Part shown: one piece after another, positions 38,784 through 48,376 of the stretch
Layout of the letters: every line of letters starts with the position of its first letter
Position numbering within the stretch: position 1 is the stretch's first letter
Source of the DNA: a virus
UHGV virus genome: UHGV-0390448
Reading direction: 5' to 3' (one strand)
Length of the DNA stretch: 64,000 bases
The notes under the pieces: model-generated
What the model saw: only the letters and a program-made list of their open reading frames with translations
Told to the model about the DNA's origin: nothing
Database searches by the model: none
Position numbers and translations under genes: made by a program

Positions 38784-38800
38784 AAATGTTAGAAAACTAA
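38784..38800. promoter_or_regulatory. Operator-like site at the head of the immI-like operon
   Basis: aaatgttagaaaactaa matches the TGTTAGAAAAYTAA family. Confidence 0.55.
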
Positions 38801-39414
38801 TTTATTAATTCAGTCACCATCTGATACAACGTCATTTCATCAGCATTGTGCCGCCTGAAATCTGCTTTGCCGCCTATTTTTCCATCAGCATGAACAGGGA
38901 CCAACCAGGGGTATTGCTCGCGTATCTCTGCTGGCGCTGCGTGTTGATGGTGCCATTTACACAAAGGGAGAACGTATTTATGCGCGTTCTCTGCCGTTCT
39001 CCCGAAGATGTGGTGCAGGGATACCACAGGGCTATGCTGTCCGTGCATATGGCAGGCAATGCAGGGGAGGGCACCGATGGCAGTTTGTATCCGGCGCTCA
39101 TCTGCTGTGAGTGTTCTGCCTTTCAGGCCGCGTGACGCGCGAGTTTTTTTGACAGGAGCAGAAGCGGCCTTCTCTTTTCTTCGCTGTTCATATTGCTTCG
39201 CTTTTTCAATTTTCTTTTGCCGATATTCAGGCGATGCGGCTTTTTCTCGCGCACGCTGCTGCTGGCGTTGAGCTTGCTGAAGACGTTTTGCCCTTTGTTC
39301 CTCCCGCCATTTCGGATCAGCCAGTTTTTGCAGGGCTTTTTGTGTCTGTTTCTCCCAATAGCTTTGCTTCATAGAAATACCCGGTTTGTCTACATCGCCG
39401 CTATGGTTGATCAA
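38797..39414 (-). CDS. ref: Ref-like HNH endonuclease
   Basis: 205 aa; K/R/Q-rich disordered N-terminal half, C-terminal Cys/His cluster (CIACHMHG ... SLHHIFG ... PLCKWHH); perfect palindromic operator directly upstream. Confidence 0.5.
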   Translation of the reverse strand: MINHSGDVDKPGISMKQSYWEKQTQKALQKLADPKWREEQRAKRLQQAQRQQQRAREKAASPEYRQKKIEKAKQYEQRRKEKAASAPVKKTRASRGLKGRTLTADERRIQTAIGALPCIACHMHGQHSPVVSLHHIFGRTAENAHKYVLPLCKWHHQHAAPAEIREQYPWLVPVHADGKIGGKADFRRHNADEMTLYQMVTELIN

Positions 39415-39415
39415 A

Positions 39416-39449
39416 TGTGTTAGAAAATCAAAATTGATTTTCTAACACA
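39416..39449. promoter_or_regulatory. Perfect 34-bp palindromic double operator
   Basis: tgtgttagaaaatcaa-aa-ttgattttctaacaca, 2 nt upstream of the ref-like start and about 170 nt upstream of the divergent plus-strand genes. Confidence 0.7.
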
Positions 39450-39617
39450 AAATGAAGATACTTTTTTTCATACGCTATATCAGGAGGTCATGATGCTTGT
39501 CGCAATAAGTGCAATCCACCAGCAATCCGGTACAGAAATTGGGTTGCTATATGCCCTGTTTTTCACTGTCCTGGCGTTGTTTGAGCTGGGCATTGAACTC
39601 TTTGCTCTCATCAACTT

Positions 39618-40256
39618 TTGCGTAACGTTCCTGGGGAAACTTTGATGGCTATACGCATTATGAAAATTTACATCGCGGGTCCGATGACTGGTTATCCCGA
39701 CTACAACCGCACAGCGTTTTTTTCGAAAGCAAAAGAGCTGATGGAGGCAGGGCATATTGTTCTGAATCCGGCGCTGTTACCTGCTGGCCTCTGCCAGAGC
39801 GAATATATGGATATTTGCCTTGCTATGGTGCGTTCGGCTAATGCGGTCTATTTGCTCAAGGGGTGGGAGGAATCAGTTGGCGCTCGTGCAGAGCACGAGC
39901 TGGCTCAAAAGCTGGGGCTGAATGTAATTTATGAGTCACCAACCAACATTGAATGCCAGGTTGCTCCGCATATTTACCGGGAACTGGTCAATGCACTGCG
40001 TGATATCGCTGCTGTATATCACGGCACAGAACAGCTTCGTGAGCGTTTAGCCCATACCATTTCCTATTACCTGTCTGCATCTCATGAGCACAAGCTCCGT
40101 CAGAAGGTAATGATCAAATTTATCATGAGGTTATCGAAATCCCTGGCAAACGCCGATCCAAAGAATCCATTACCGAAAGAGGCAATGAATTACCTGAAGT
40201 CCTGCAACATTGTTTCTGAAGATGGCGTTCTTTTGGTTAGAAGGAGTTCTGCGTGA
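39618..40256 (+). CDS. DUF4406-like (nucleoside 2-deoxyribosyltransferase fold) protein with C-terminal extension
   Basis: Contains MKIYIAGPMTGYPDYNRTAFF...VLNPA, the signature I associate with DUF4406; start may be at an internal Met near 39660. Confidence 0.45.
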   Translation: MRNVPGETLMAIRIMKIYIAGPMTGYPDYNRTAFFSKAKELMEAGHIVLNPALLPAGLCQSEYMDICLAMVRSANAVYLLKGWEESVGARAEHELAQKLGLNVIYESPTNIECQVAPHIYRELVNALRDIAAVYHGTEQLRERLAHTISYYLSASHEHKLRQKVMIKFIMRLSKSLANADPKNPLPKEAMNYLKSCNIVSEDGVLLVRRSSA

Positions 40257-40570
40257 GCTGGCGGGGATGGGGAAGGGCAGAAATCATGATACTCCGCCAG
40301 TGCGCCGGGACTATGACAGTCGAGGGTATTGGGAGACTGATCGGGCGTACCGGTGGTGCTGTCAGGACTAAAGCGCGGCAATTGCGGATCAGCATGATTC
40401 TGAAAGGTGACTTTCACCAGTCAGCCAAATACCGGCAGAGCGATATAGAGCTGGCGCGGCAGCTTCATCAGTGTGGCGTTCCCCGCCGTGAGATCGCAGA
40501 AAAACTCGAAATGCCCCTGGGCATGATTAATCAGTACGTTTATTTCGAAAGGAGAGTGCATGAAGTCTGA
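40253..40570 (+). CDS. Hypothetical small DNA-binding-like protein
   Basis: 105-aa ORF, overlapping neighbours. Confidence 0.4.
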   Translation: MSWRGWGRAEIMILRQCAGTMTVEGIGRLIGRTGGAVRTKARQLRISMILKGDFHQSAKYRQSDIELARQLHQCGVPRREIAEKLEMPLGMINQYVYFERRVHEV

Positions 40571-41063
40571 AGGTTTAACGCCCGCACAACTGGCAGAGCG
40601 TAACGCTGAGTATGTAACGGAAATTTCCCGACTTGAGAAAGAGCGCGCGGCGCTGGCGGCGGAGAATGCACTTGCTCGTAAAGCTGTTCAGGCATTCTGT
40701 GATGTTGTTGGCGACAACACTGAGATTATCTCCGAGTTGGTTGGGCGAGATGGCGTTCTGGTTATTTTGGAGGCCATGAAAGTAACAGGAAATATGCCAG
40801 CCACCGACGCTTTCCTGGCTGAAATACGTGCGGAGGCACGCAACGAGGGGATTAACTACACCGCAAGCCGCCTTGCTGCCGCTTTCAACCACGGATTTAT
40901 CAATAAGTCTTTACGTGAAGTTTTCGACGTTACACGCATGATTCTGTCAGCGAAAGAAGAGTTGGCTAATGAACTGCACCCAATTGATGGCCTGTCCGGT
41001 GAATATGCGGAGAAATCCCTTGAAGAATGGGCGGAACAGATTCGCAAAGGAGTTCAGTCATGA
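40560..41063 (+). CDS. Hypothetical protein, paralog family with ERAALAAENA motif
   Basis: Shares LEKERAALAAENA and ATDAFLAEIRAE segments with the C-terminal part of the 42034-42741 product. Confidence 0.45.
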   Translation: MKSEGLTPAQLAERNAEYVTEISRLEKERAALAAENALARKAVQAFCDVVGDNTEIISELVGRDGVLVILEAMKVTGNMPATDAFLAEIRAEARNEGINYTASRLAAAFNHGFINKSLREVFDVTRMILSAKEELANELHPIDGLSGEYAEKSLEEWAEQIRKGVQS

Positions 41064-41293
41064 GCATCCGAACTGAACATGGATTTGGTCCGTCAACGGT
41101 CGAAGTCGAATGGCTTGATGATTGCCCTAAGTGCCAGCACGGCAAAGCCAAGGTAACAGGATGGTCGGTAACCAAAGATTCTTTGTGGGCGGGTGATGAG
41201 GCCGTCTGTTCCAAATGCGGTCACAAAGGTGAAATCGATGCTGATGGAGAGAATGCCTGGGTGGAATGGGACGAAATCGAGGAGGCACAATGA
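41060..41293 (+). CDS. Small zinc-ribbon protein
   Basis: CPKCQHG ... CSKCGH pairs. Confidence 0.45.
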   Translation: MSIRTEHGFGPSTVEVEWLDDCPKCQHGKAKVTGWSVTKDSLWAGDEAVCSKCGHKGEIDADGENAWVEWDEIEEAQ

Positions 41294-41712
41294 GCAACAT
41301 CGACATCGATACACTGGCGCTGCGTGAGGCGGCAGAAGCAATAAAAATAGCAGCCACACCACAAAAATTGCTGGCATTTCGTATGAAAGTCACACCTCAG
41401 GTTGTGCTGGCACTGCTGGATGAACGGGAAAGAAACCAGCAATACATCAAACGCCGTGACCAGGAGAACGAGGATATTGCGCTAACGGTAGGGAAGCTGC
41501 GCGTTGAGCTTGAAGCAGAAAAACAGCGGGCAAAGGTTCTATTTATGGAAAATGCTCGGCTTAAGTCAGGCATAGCCGGTCTGATACACCTCGGTATTCG
41601 ATATGCAGATGTTGAGGTCATGAAAATTGCTGGAGATGCCCAGCTTTCTACCCCATGCACTGACAGCATCATAAACAGCATTGCAACAGGCATTCGCATC
41701 AAAGGAGAGTGA
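41290..41712 (+). CDS. Ead/Ea22-like protein
   Basis: N-terminus [17 protein letters not shown] ... [38 protein letters not shown] matches the lambdoid Ea22 family pattern. Confidence 0.6.
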   Translation: MSNIDIDTLALREAAEAIKIAATPQKLLAFRMKVTPQVVLALLDERERNQQYIKRRDQENEDIALTVGKLRVELEAEKQRAKVLFMENARLKSGIAGLIHLGIRYADVEVMKIAGDAQLSTPCTDSIINSIATGIRIKGE

Positions 41713-41713
41713 G

Positions 41714-42037
41714 ATGACCACATCGCATTCTGCAATCACCCAGGAAAAAGTATTTCGCTTGCTCGAACGTCTGGAGGCGCTCGCCACGGAGGAGGATATA
41801 TCCCCGGAGATGCTGGTCGAGTGCAGCCGTGTGATATTGCGTCGCAAGAACGACATCGCGCGGCTGACATCTGGCGCACCATCCGTATCAGCCAGTCCAA
41901 CGCTTTATTGCAGCTTCTGCAACAAATCCCAGCACACCGTTAAAAAGTTAATTGCCGGGGACAACGTTTTCATCTGCAACGAGTGCGTGAAAGATTGCAA
42001 CAACATTATCCAGGAAGAGCAAAGGGAATCAGCATGA
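41714..42037 (+). CDS. Small protein with ClpX-type zinc-binding-domain-like C-terminus
   Basis: C-terminal [36 protein letters not shown] parallels the ClpX N-terminal zinc finger (LYCSFCGKSQHEV.KLIAG..V.IC.ECV). Confidence 0.55.
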   Translation: MTTSHSAITQEKVFRLLERLEALATEEDISPEMLVECSRVILRRKNDIARLTSGAPSVSASPTLYCSFCNKSQHTVKKLIAGDNVFICNECVKDCNNIIQEEQRESA

Positions 42038-42741
42038 AATTTTCCAAATTTTCTGAGTTGGTGAATCGTATTTTGTCCAACAACCACAGCCATCGTCGCG
42101 ATATGGATGTAACGATCGTTGTTCATTCGCCTGGCAGCATTGGTTCAACACCTTCAGTTGAGGTTCAGTCAATTCACGCTGGTTTTGATTGGGATTCCGG
42201 GAAAGTGCTGATTTTCCCAGCACAGCCACTGACCACGCTAACACCAGAACAGATTACTGATATCACGGATAGTGTGCGCAAAGGTCAGTCTTGGCACGCA
42301 TACCAGGAATACAAGAAGCATAAAGAGCAGTTGGAAAAATTGTCGATTGAACTGGATGCTGCAAGACGGCGCATTACAGAACTGGAGAGCGAACGCGCGG
42401 TGCTGGCGGCGGAGAATGCGGAGCTGAAGTCTGTGCACCCTCAACCATTCGGAGCTGAGATGATGAAGGCTCTTGATGCGTATGAGAAGCATCAGGATGA
42501 AGTGCCAGAGACTGGAATGCTCAATGCATTTTTCATCTTGCGCGACAGCATCCGTGTTGAAACCCCAGCCACCGACTCTTTCCTGTCTGAAGTGCGGGCG
42601 CAGGGGGTGGAAATGTTTGCACAGAAATGTAACTCAAAATCCGCACAGTCGCTTGCATCTGATATACGCGATAACTGGAAACTACTCGGTGAACATGCAA
42701 CTGACTTTGCCGATGAGCTTCGAAGAGGAAGCAGCAAGTGA
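42034..42741 (+). CDS. Hypothetical protein (Ea22-family-like C-terminal half)
   Basis: [20 protein letters not shown] and [12 protein letters not shown] segments shared with paralogs in this window. Confidence 0.45.
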   Translation: MKFSKFSELVNRILSNNHSHRRDMDVTIVVHSPGSIGSTPSVEVQSIHAGFDWDSGKVLIFPAQPLTTLTPEQITDITDSVRKGQSWHAYQEYKKHKEQLEKLSIELDAARRRITELESERAVLAAENAELKSVHPQPFGAEMMKALDAYEKHQDEVPETGMLNAFFILRDSIRVETPATDSFLSEVRAQGVEMFAQKCNSKSAQSLASDIRDNWKLLGEHATDFADELRRGSSK

Positions 42742-43013
42742 ATATCGACACGACAATAACGATCGATACGCTCCTAAATTCCGGTCTGGCACTTCTCGGT
42801 TGGCTTTACATCATGTCCCGTACATGGCGATGGCTGGGTTCCATTTTCCTGAAACAGTGGAAAAAACGGCGCAAACAGGAACTACGCCAGAAGGCATTAG
42901 AAGCGTTCTATGACGCATTTGAACTTGGCAGCATTGAACCAGGCACAACAGCGAGGATAGCGACAAAAGGCGACCTGATGATAGTGATGTTCAGACAGGA
43001 GAAAACAAAATGA
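42738..43013 (+). CDS. Small membrane protein
   Basis: 91 aa with a hydrophobic helix (LLNSGLALLGWLYIM). Confidence 0.4.
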   Translation: MNIDTTITIDTLLNSGLALLGWLYIMSRTWRWLGSIFLKQWKKRRKQELRQKALEAFYDAFELGSIEPGTTARIATKGDLMIVMFRQEKTK

Positions 43014-43234
43014 CAGAACAGACGATGACAAATCGCGAACTTGTTGATGCCGCGATTGAACTTGCTGGCGATTTTTATTCCATGATGGGTTACGAGCATC
43101 GACCTGGTTTTAAGTATTGGGAGTCACCGCATCCCCAAGAACAACAGGTGTTTGAAATGGCCTGCCGTGCTTTTGAGGTTATTCGCGGTTCTGATGTGAT
43201 GGACGCCGTTGCCGACTTGGAGGATGAAGAGTGA
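43010..43234 (+). CDS. Hypothetical small protein
   Basis: 74-aa ORF with ATGA-type overlaps on both sides. Confidence 0.4.
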   Translation: MTEQTMTNRELVDAAIELAGDFYSMMGYEHRPGFKYWESPHPQEQQVFEMACRAFEVIRGSDVMDAVADLEDEE

Positions 43235-43542
43235 GCATCATTGTAGAAATGCCGGTAGAACGTGATGAATATGGCTGCTGGACACATCCGGAGTATGAAA
43301 AGTTTTGTGCAGGGCGTGAATATATTTCAACGGAAGAATTTGACGCATGGTTGAAGGCAAATAATCTTCAGTGGACCATCCAAACTATGGATGAAGATGA
43401 TTTTAATCTGGACGCAGATGGTCCCGATATTGCCGCCTGGGAACCGGAGCGACCAGAGGGCGAAGGCTGGTTTGTTGGCTCTATTCATGACACTGAAGAT
43501 GGTCCGGTTTGTGTCTGGCTGCGGGAGAAGGTTGCCGCATGA
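43231..43542 (+). CDS. Hypothetical small protein
   Basis: 103-aa ORF in the same overlapping array. Confidence 0.4.
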   Translation: MSIIVEMPVERDEYGCWTHPEYEKFCAGREYISTEEFDAWLKANNLQWTIQTMDEDDFNLDADGPDIAAWEPERPEGEGWFVGSIHDTEDGPVCVWLREKVAA

Positions 43543-44225
43543 CCCAGGTGCTGCATGAAGTGAATTTATATAGCCGTATTGATGGTTCAGGCTACAGAAA
43601 CATATGGGTTGTTGGTGATTTGCACGGTTGCTACACCCTACTTATGAATGAACTCCATCGTGTGGATTTTGACCCTACACAGGATTTACTGATATCGGTT
43701 GGCGACCTTATCGATCGCGGCACCGAAAATGTTGAATGCCTGGAGCTATTGCAGATGCCCTGGTTTCGGTCGGTTATGGGAAACCACGAGCGATTAATGA
43801 TCGATGCGTTAAGTCCCGCAGGCAACGTGAATAACTGGCTAATGAATGGTGGTCAATGGTTCTTCATGCTGGACGCTGATCGGGAAATATTAGCCAGGGC
43901 GCTGGTGGAGCTGGTAAGACGTTTGCCCTATATCATTGAGTTGAACACCGGGCATGAAACTATCGTTATAGCCCATGCCGACTATCCTGATAACGAATAC
44001 CAGTTTGGTAAACCTGTTAGCGATCTCAATGTTACCTGGCGGCGTGAGCGATTTTATGACGCGGTTGATGGTGTTGGTGGAATGATCACTGGCGCAGATA
44101 GCTTTATTTTCGGGCATACGCCAGTAAACAGCCCGAAATCTTTCTGGAACCAGCACTACATAGACACTGGCGCGGTTTTTTGCGGAAATCTGACGCTAAA
44201 GCAGGTGAAGGGAGGGCAGTTGTAA
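43539..44225 (+). CDS. Ser/Thr protein phosphatase (lambda-phosphatase-like metallophosphoesterase)
   Basis: GDLHGC, GDLIDRG and GNHE motifs in the canonical order. Confidence 0.8.
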   Translation: MTQVLHEVNLYSRIDGSGYRNIWVVGDLHGCYTLLMNELHRVDFDPTQDLLISVGDLIDRGTENVECLELLQMPWFRSVMGNHERLMIDALSPAGNVNNWLMNGGQWFFMLDADREILARALVELVRRLPYIIELNTGHETIVIAHADYPDNEYQFGKPVSDLNVTWRRERFYDAVDGVGGMITGADSFIFGHTPVNSPKSFWNQHYIDTGAVFCGNLTLKQVKGGQL

Positions 44226-44255
44226 TCCTGAACACATCGTTTATGCACTCAAAAT

Positions 44256-44288
44256 GATGTTAGAATATTGATTTTAATTTTCTAACAG
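44256..44288. promoter_or_regulatory. Inverted pair of operator-like sites
   Basis: gatgttagaatattgattttaattttctaacag upstream of the ORF at 44330. Confidence 0.55.
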
Positions 44289-44329
44289 ATTATTTTACCG
44301 CTCGGAACAAAACAGAGTCGGTATACATT

Positions 44330-45325
44330 ATGAGTGCAATAATCACACCTCATTTCGTAAACGGAGCTGGTGTGGCTGTCTTTCCGGTAGACAAGCCCAC
44401 CAGTAACTACATTGGCGCAGGTCGCCGTTTCATTATCTCTCCACTTCCGCGTGAACAGGCTGAAAACACGCCAGATGGCGTAGTGGATCTGAATTATTCG
44501 CTGGTTGCCAACCAGTCTCTGAAACCGTTTTTTCAAAGCGAGCGCGTATTTAACGCGTTGGGCGGTGAAGATTCGCTTGTTCATTGGGTAAGTTCCAATA
44601 TCCACGATTGCCAGGCGCACGATAAGCGCGATTGCAGCCACCAGCTAACCACTCATTTCTATAACGGCTCTGCCGTTCGCCTGTGCTGGAAGCATGATGC
44701 GGAATACATGATGAAGGGGTACGGCAAGCTGGACGACCAGTTATCCCTGAATCGTGCCAACTGGGTTATGAACTGGGCTGCGAGCGAGTTAAAACTACCG
44801 CCAGAACGCGATCTGAGCATGGTTGAACTCACTTTTTGGGCCATTCGCCGGAATCTGAAAGACGAGCTGCCAGATGAAGCCGGTCGCATTGCATTTTGTC
44901 AGCCAAAACAGGAAATCCCTACCGGCACACTGAAAGAATCGGATATCACCTGGGAGCACAGCACCCGTGAGCTGGTGGACATAACCGCAGAGCAGATCGT
45001 CAACCTGTCTGTAGATGAGGATTCCGGCCTGCTGTATATGCGCCGACCAAAAGCGGTTCTCGGTAAAAGCCCGGCTTATCTCCGGTTTGTGATTTCTCGT
45101 CCGTGCATCGGATGCGGTGGCAAAGTTAATCACCCGTTCATGTACCGCGCCCGCTCGTTAAACGAACACGATCGCTGGGCCGTTCCTCTTTGCGATGAAT
45201 GCGCCAGAAGCGCAGAAAACGATGTCCGGGCATGGGAAAAAACACATGGCATACGCCTTTACGTAGCCGCTAACCAGCTTTTCGACTTCGCCATCGAGCG
45301 CGGAGTGATCACGTTCAATAACTGA
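44330..45325 (+). CDS. Hypothetical protein with C-terminal Cys cluster, under putative operator control
   Basis: 331 aa; CIGCGG ... CDEC near the C-terminus. Confidence 0.45.
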   Translation: MSAIITPHFVNGAGVAVFPVDKPTSNYIGAGRRFIISPLPREQAENTPDGVVDLNYSLVANQSLKPFFQSERVFNALGGEDSLVHWVSSNIHDCQAHDKRDCSHQLTTHFYNGSAVRLCWKHDAEYMMKGYGKLDDQLSLNRANWVMNWAASELKLPPERDLSMVELTFWAIRRNLKDELPDEAGRIAFCQPKQEIPTGTLKESDITWEHSTRELVDITAEQIVNLSVDEDSGLLYMRRPKAVLGKSPAYLRFVISRPCIGCGGKVNHPFMYRARSLNEHDRWAVPLCDECARSAENDVRAWEKTHGIRLYVAANQLFDFAIERGVITFNN

Positions 45326-45329
45326 TGGA

Positions 45330-46064
45330 GTGGATCAAAAAATGAAAGAACGCGGGATGATTTTTAACGATGAAATGGTCCGGGCCATCCTCGAAGGAAG
45401 AAAAACGCAGACTCGCCGACCTGTAAAAAATGTCAGGGCCGATAACTGCCTAGTTATCCGTAAACCGACAAAGAAACGCAATGGTGTCTATACCCACGTT
45501 ATGGATGCACCTGAACATGGTTTATGCCCGTTCGGTAACGTTGGTGATCGCATATGGGTCCGTGAAGCGTGGGCGATATTAGGCAATGAGGATGGTTGCA
45601 GTGTGGACTGGAACGACAACCTTTGTCGTGGCGATGAGAAGAACGCAGCAAGGATTTATCGGGCCAGTTGCGAGCAAAAGCCTGGTGATTACGGCTTATG
45701 GTCGATACCCGATGATGCCGACTGGAAACCTCACACTGTGAATGAAAAGTTTGATGGCGGGTGGTGTCCATCAATTCACATGCCGCGATGGGCATCACGC
45801 ATTCTGTTGGAGATTACCAACGTGCGCGTTGAGCGGTTGAACGATATCAGCGAATGCGATGCAGGGGCTGAGGGCGTTCCGCCTGCTGGAAGTTTGCTTC
45901 CTGATTACCCGGAAACATTCCTTACTCCCAAGGGGGATTTCGCAATGGCCAAGGTTGCGTTCCAGCGTCTGTGGGAATCCATCTATGGTGAAGAAAGCTG
46001 GAACACTAATCCCTGGGTATGGGTAATCGAGTTTAAGCGTATTCAGGGGGCAACCTGTGAGTGA
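45330..46064 (+). CDS. Hypothetical protein (ASCH-like N-terminal motif, tentative)
   Basis: MIFNDEMVRAILEGRKTQTRRP N-terminus resembles a recurrent prophage protein family that I tentatively place in the ASCH-like group. Confidence 0.35.
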   Translation: MDQKMKERGMIFNDEMVRAILEGRKTQTRRPVKNVRADNCLVIRKPTKKRNGVYTHVMDAPEHGLCPFGNVGDRIWVREAWAILGNEDGCSVDWNDNLCRGDEKNAARIYRASCEQKPGDYGLWSIPDDADWKPHTVNEKFDGGWCPSIHMPRWASRILLEITNVRVERLNDISECDAGAEGVPPAGSLLPDYPETFLTPKGDFAMAKVAFQRLWESIYGEESWNTNPWVWVIEFKRIQGATCE

Positions 46065-46323
46065 GTCAAAATGCCAAATTAATGGCAACAAGATAGAACC
46101 GTGCGCGGCGTTGGCACAATCCCTGGAGCATGACGCTGAATACACGACGCGAAAAGGTCTGCTGAAATACAAAATCTATAACCATGCATTAATTCATTCA
46201 CAAGACCTGATCATGCTGCGGTCAGGCGAGTTTTCTAAATCGCCGATTCGAATTTCATTTTGCCCGTTCTGTGGTGAAAGTCTGAAAACGTGGGAAGCGG
46301 AGGCAACCAGTGAGCAAAATTAA
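46057..46323 (+). CDS. Small zinc-ribbon-like protein
   Basis: 88 aa with CPFCGESL near the C-terminus. Confidence 0.4.
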   Translation: MSESKCQINGNKIEPCAALAQSLEHDAEYTTRKGLLKYKIYNHALIHSQDLIMLRSGEFSKSPIRISFCPFCGESLKTWEAEATSEQN

Positions 46324-46768
46324 CTATCAAGAACTGCGCGAGGCGGCGGAACAGGCAACGCAAGATGAATGGGTAGCATATATTTTGCCGGGTCATAACG
46401 GCATTTATCCTGCGCGCACGTCTGAGGGTAGGCATTGCGGATACTTTATTGACTGGCCTGGCATTGATGGACAAAGGAATGCTGGTGCTAATGCCCGTTA
46501 TATCGCGGCTATCCCACCAAAAGTTGCGCTGGCACTCCTGGGCGAAATTAAGCGCCTGGAAGACACAAATATTGATGCCATGTGCCGAATTGCAGAACTG
46601 GAGAGCAATCGCGCGACGCTGGCGGCGGAGCAGCGTATTCAGATTGCAATAAATGAACTGGTTGCTCTGGCCCCGTGCCTGGATAAAAGAGCGATGGATG
46701 CACTCTCTGTGACTGTGGTGCACCTGTATAAACTGATTAATAAGGAGGCAACCAGTGAGCGAAATTAA
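46310..46768 (+). CDS. Ead/Ea22-like protein
   Basis: MSKINYQELREAAEQATQ ... KVALALLGEIKRLE ... LESNRATLAAE. Confidence 0.6.
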   Translation: MSKINYQELREAAEQATQDEWVAYILPGHNGIYPARTSEGRHCGYFIDWPGIDGQRNAGANARYIAAIPPKVALALLGEIKRLEDTNIDAMCRIAELESNRATLAAEQRIQIAINELVALAPCLDKRAMDALSVTVVHLYKLINKEATSERN

Positions 46769-47444
46769 TTACCAGGCACTGCGTGAGGCGGCAGTGAAAG
46801 CAACGTGGGGAGACTGGGACTCATATAAACCACACCGTGGCGCACGTGGTTATGAGGTCCGACTAAGTAGTCAGGCCATTGCGCAACACGTTCTGAAAAA
46901 CAACGCTGAATTTATTGCTGCCTTTAATCCAAAGGTTGCTTTGGCACTACTGGATGAGATCAACGCATTAGAGGAAACGCGTATCAACGATGTTTGCCGT
47001 ATTGCGGAACTAACAAAACAACTGGAGTCGGCAAAATCAAAACTCAACGAGCAGCGCGAGCTTTACGAGGGAGTAATCGCGGATGGAGGTAAGCGCATAG
47101 CAGAACTGGAAAAACAATGCGCTGAATCGGAGCGAAAAGCATTAAGCAACTTTGAAGAGTGTGCTGCGATGGCTGAACGTATCGAAGAGTTGGAGCAGGC
47201 CAACACAAGACAGGACGCCAATATAAACCACCAGCAGGAGGGCGTGACTCAATCAGTCACCCGATACATATATCACTACAACGCAGTGAATGGTTCTGAC
47301 TCTATGTCTGGAATTGCGCGGTTAAGTTTCATGATCAAATCACAATCTGACCTTGAAGAACTTAAAAGCGCGCTTAGGAATATTGGTGGTTTCCGTGCGA
47401 AAGCAATTAACTCTCTTTCATATCTTGGATGTGAGGAAGAATAG
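46755..47444 (+). CDS. Ead/Ea22-like protein
   Basis: MSEINYQALREAAVKAT ... KVALALLDEINALEE ... coiled-coil C-terminus. Confidence 0.6.
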   Translation: MSEINYQALREAAVKATWGDWDSYKPHRGARGYEVRLSSQAIAQHVLKNNAEFIAAFNPKVALALLDEINALEETRINDVCRIAELTKQLESAKSKLNEQRELYEGVIADGGKRIAELEKQCAESERKALSNFEECAAMAERIEELEQANTRQDANINHQQEGVTQSVTRYIYHYNAVNGSDSMSGIARLSFMIKSQSDLEELKSALRNIGGFRAKAINSLSYLGCEEE

Positions 47445-47450
47445 CAAACG

Positions 47451-47984
47451 ATGAAAAAAGGATTTAAAGATAATTTCGGTGCAGCGCAAAACACTGGAGA
47501 AATCATTGACGCATTTAATGGGGAGGAAATGCCCACTTTATTCAGAAAAGAATATCCGCGAAAGAGTAGAGCAATAGAATTGCTGTTTATCATTCTGTTT
47601 TTCGTGTTGCTGATACCAATAGCCTCAATATTAGTGACTGTTCTAATGGGAAGAGTATTTGAACCGTTAGTTGAACTGTATATCGATATAGTGTGGACCC
47701 CATTCAGGAAGCTACACAATAAAATTAACCCACATAAGGAAACAGATATGGCAACTTTGACAAAAGAAGATCGTTTTACCAAAAAACAAATCGCCGAGGC
47801 AAAAATCCTCGATAACAACGGAACCTACTTCATCAACGGTTCTATTCTTCCTGTTTATATCAATGAGGATGGAGACACTTACCTTATTGAAGAGTACGAA
47901 AAAGGCGAGCCGAGCGAACACCTCATTAAAGATTTGTTCGCGGATGGCGTTATTGTTGCGGTTAATCCAATCGGATACAACTGA
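47451..47984 (+). CDS. Hypothetical membrane-anchored protein
   Basis: 177-aa ORF with a hydrophobic segment (LLFIILFFVLLIPIASILVTVLM). Confidence 0.4.
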   Translation: MKKGFKDNFGAAQNTGEIIDAFNGEEMPTLFRKEYPRKSRAIELLFIILFFVLLIPIASILVTVLMGRVFEPLVELYIDIVWTPFRKLHNKINPHKETDMATLTKEDRFTKKQIAEAKILDNNGTYFINGSILPVYINEDGDTYLIEEYEKGEPSEHLIKDLFADGVIVAVNPIGYN

Positions 47985-47994
47985 GGCATAATTT

Positions 47995-48375
47995 ATGACC
48001 ACTTTAACCGACAAAGAACTGATTAAAGAAATCAAAGAGCGCATAGGCAGTCTGGACGTGCGAGACGATATTGAGCGCCGTGCTTATGAAATTGCTCTGG
48101 CATCACTGGAAGCAGAGCCGGTGGCGTGGCTTCATTCAGACAATGGCTTAGGTATTCCGGCAATAACGAGGAGTAAAAACATTGCTGACAGTTGGTTATC
48201 AAAGGGTTGGTATGTTCAGCCGCTATATATAGCCAAGCCAGTGCCAGTTGTACCGGAAGAAAAACCAATGCCTAACCCTCTTAGCAGGTACGCGGTTGAT
48301 GCTGTTGCCGCTATTGCAGAGGTGAGAGGCTGGAACGCCTGTCGTGCCGCCATGCTTCATGGTAAAGGAGAGTGA
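47995..48375 (+). CDS. Hypothetical protein (paralog of the 48583-49521 N-terminus)
   Basis: Shares ASLEAEPV N-terminal segment with the ORF at 48583. Confidence 0.4.
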   Translation: MTTLTDKELIKEIKERIGSLDVRDDIERRAYEIALASLEAEPVAWLHSDNGLGIPAITRSKNIADSWLSKGWYVQPLYIAKPVPVVPEEKPMPNPLSRYAVDAVAAIAEVRGWNACRAAMLHGKGE

Positions 48376-48376
48376 T

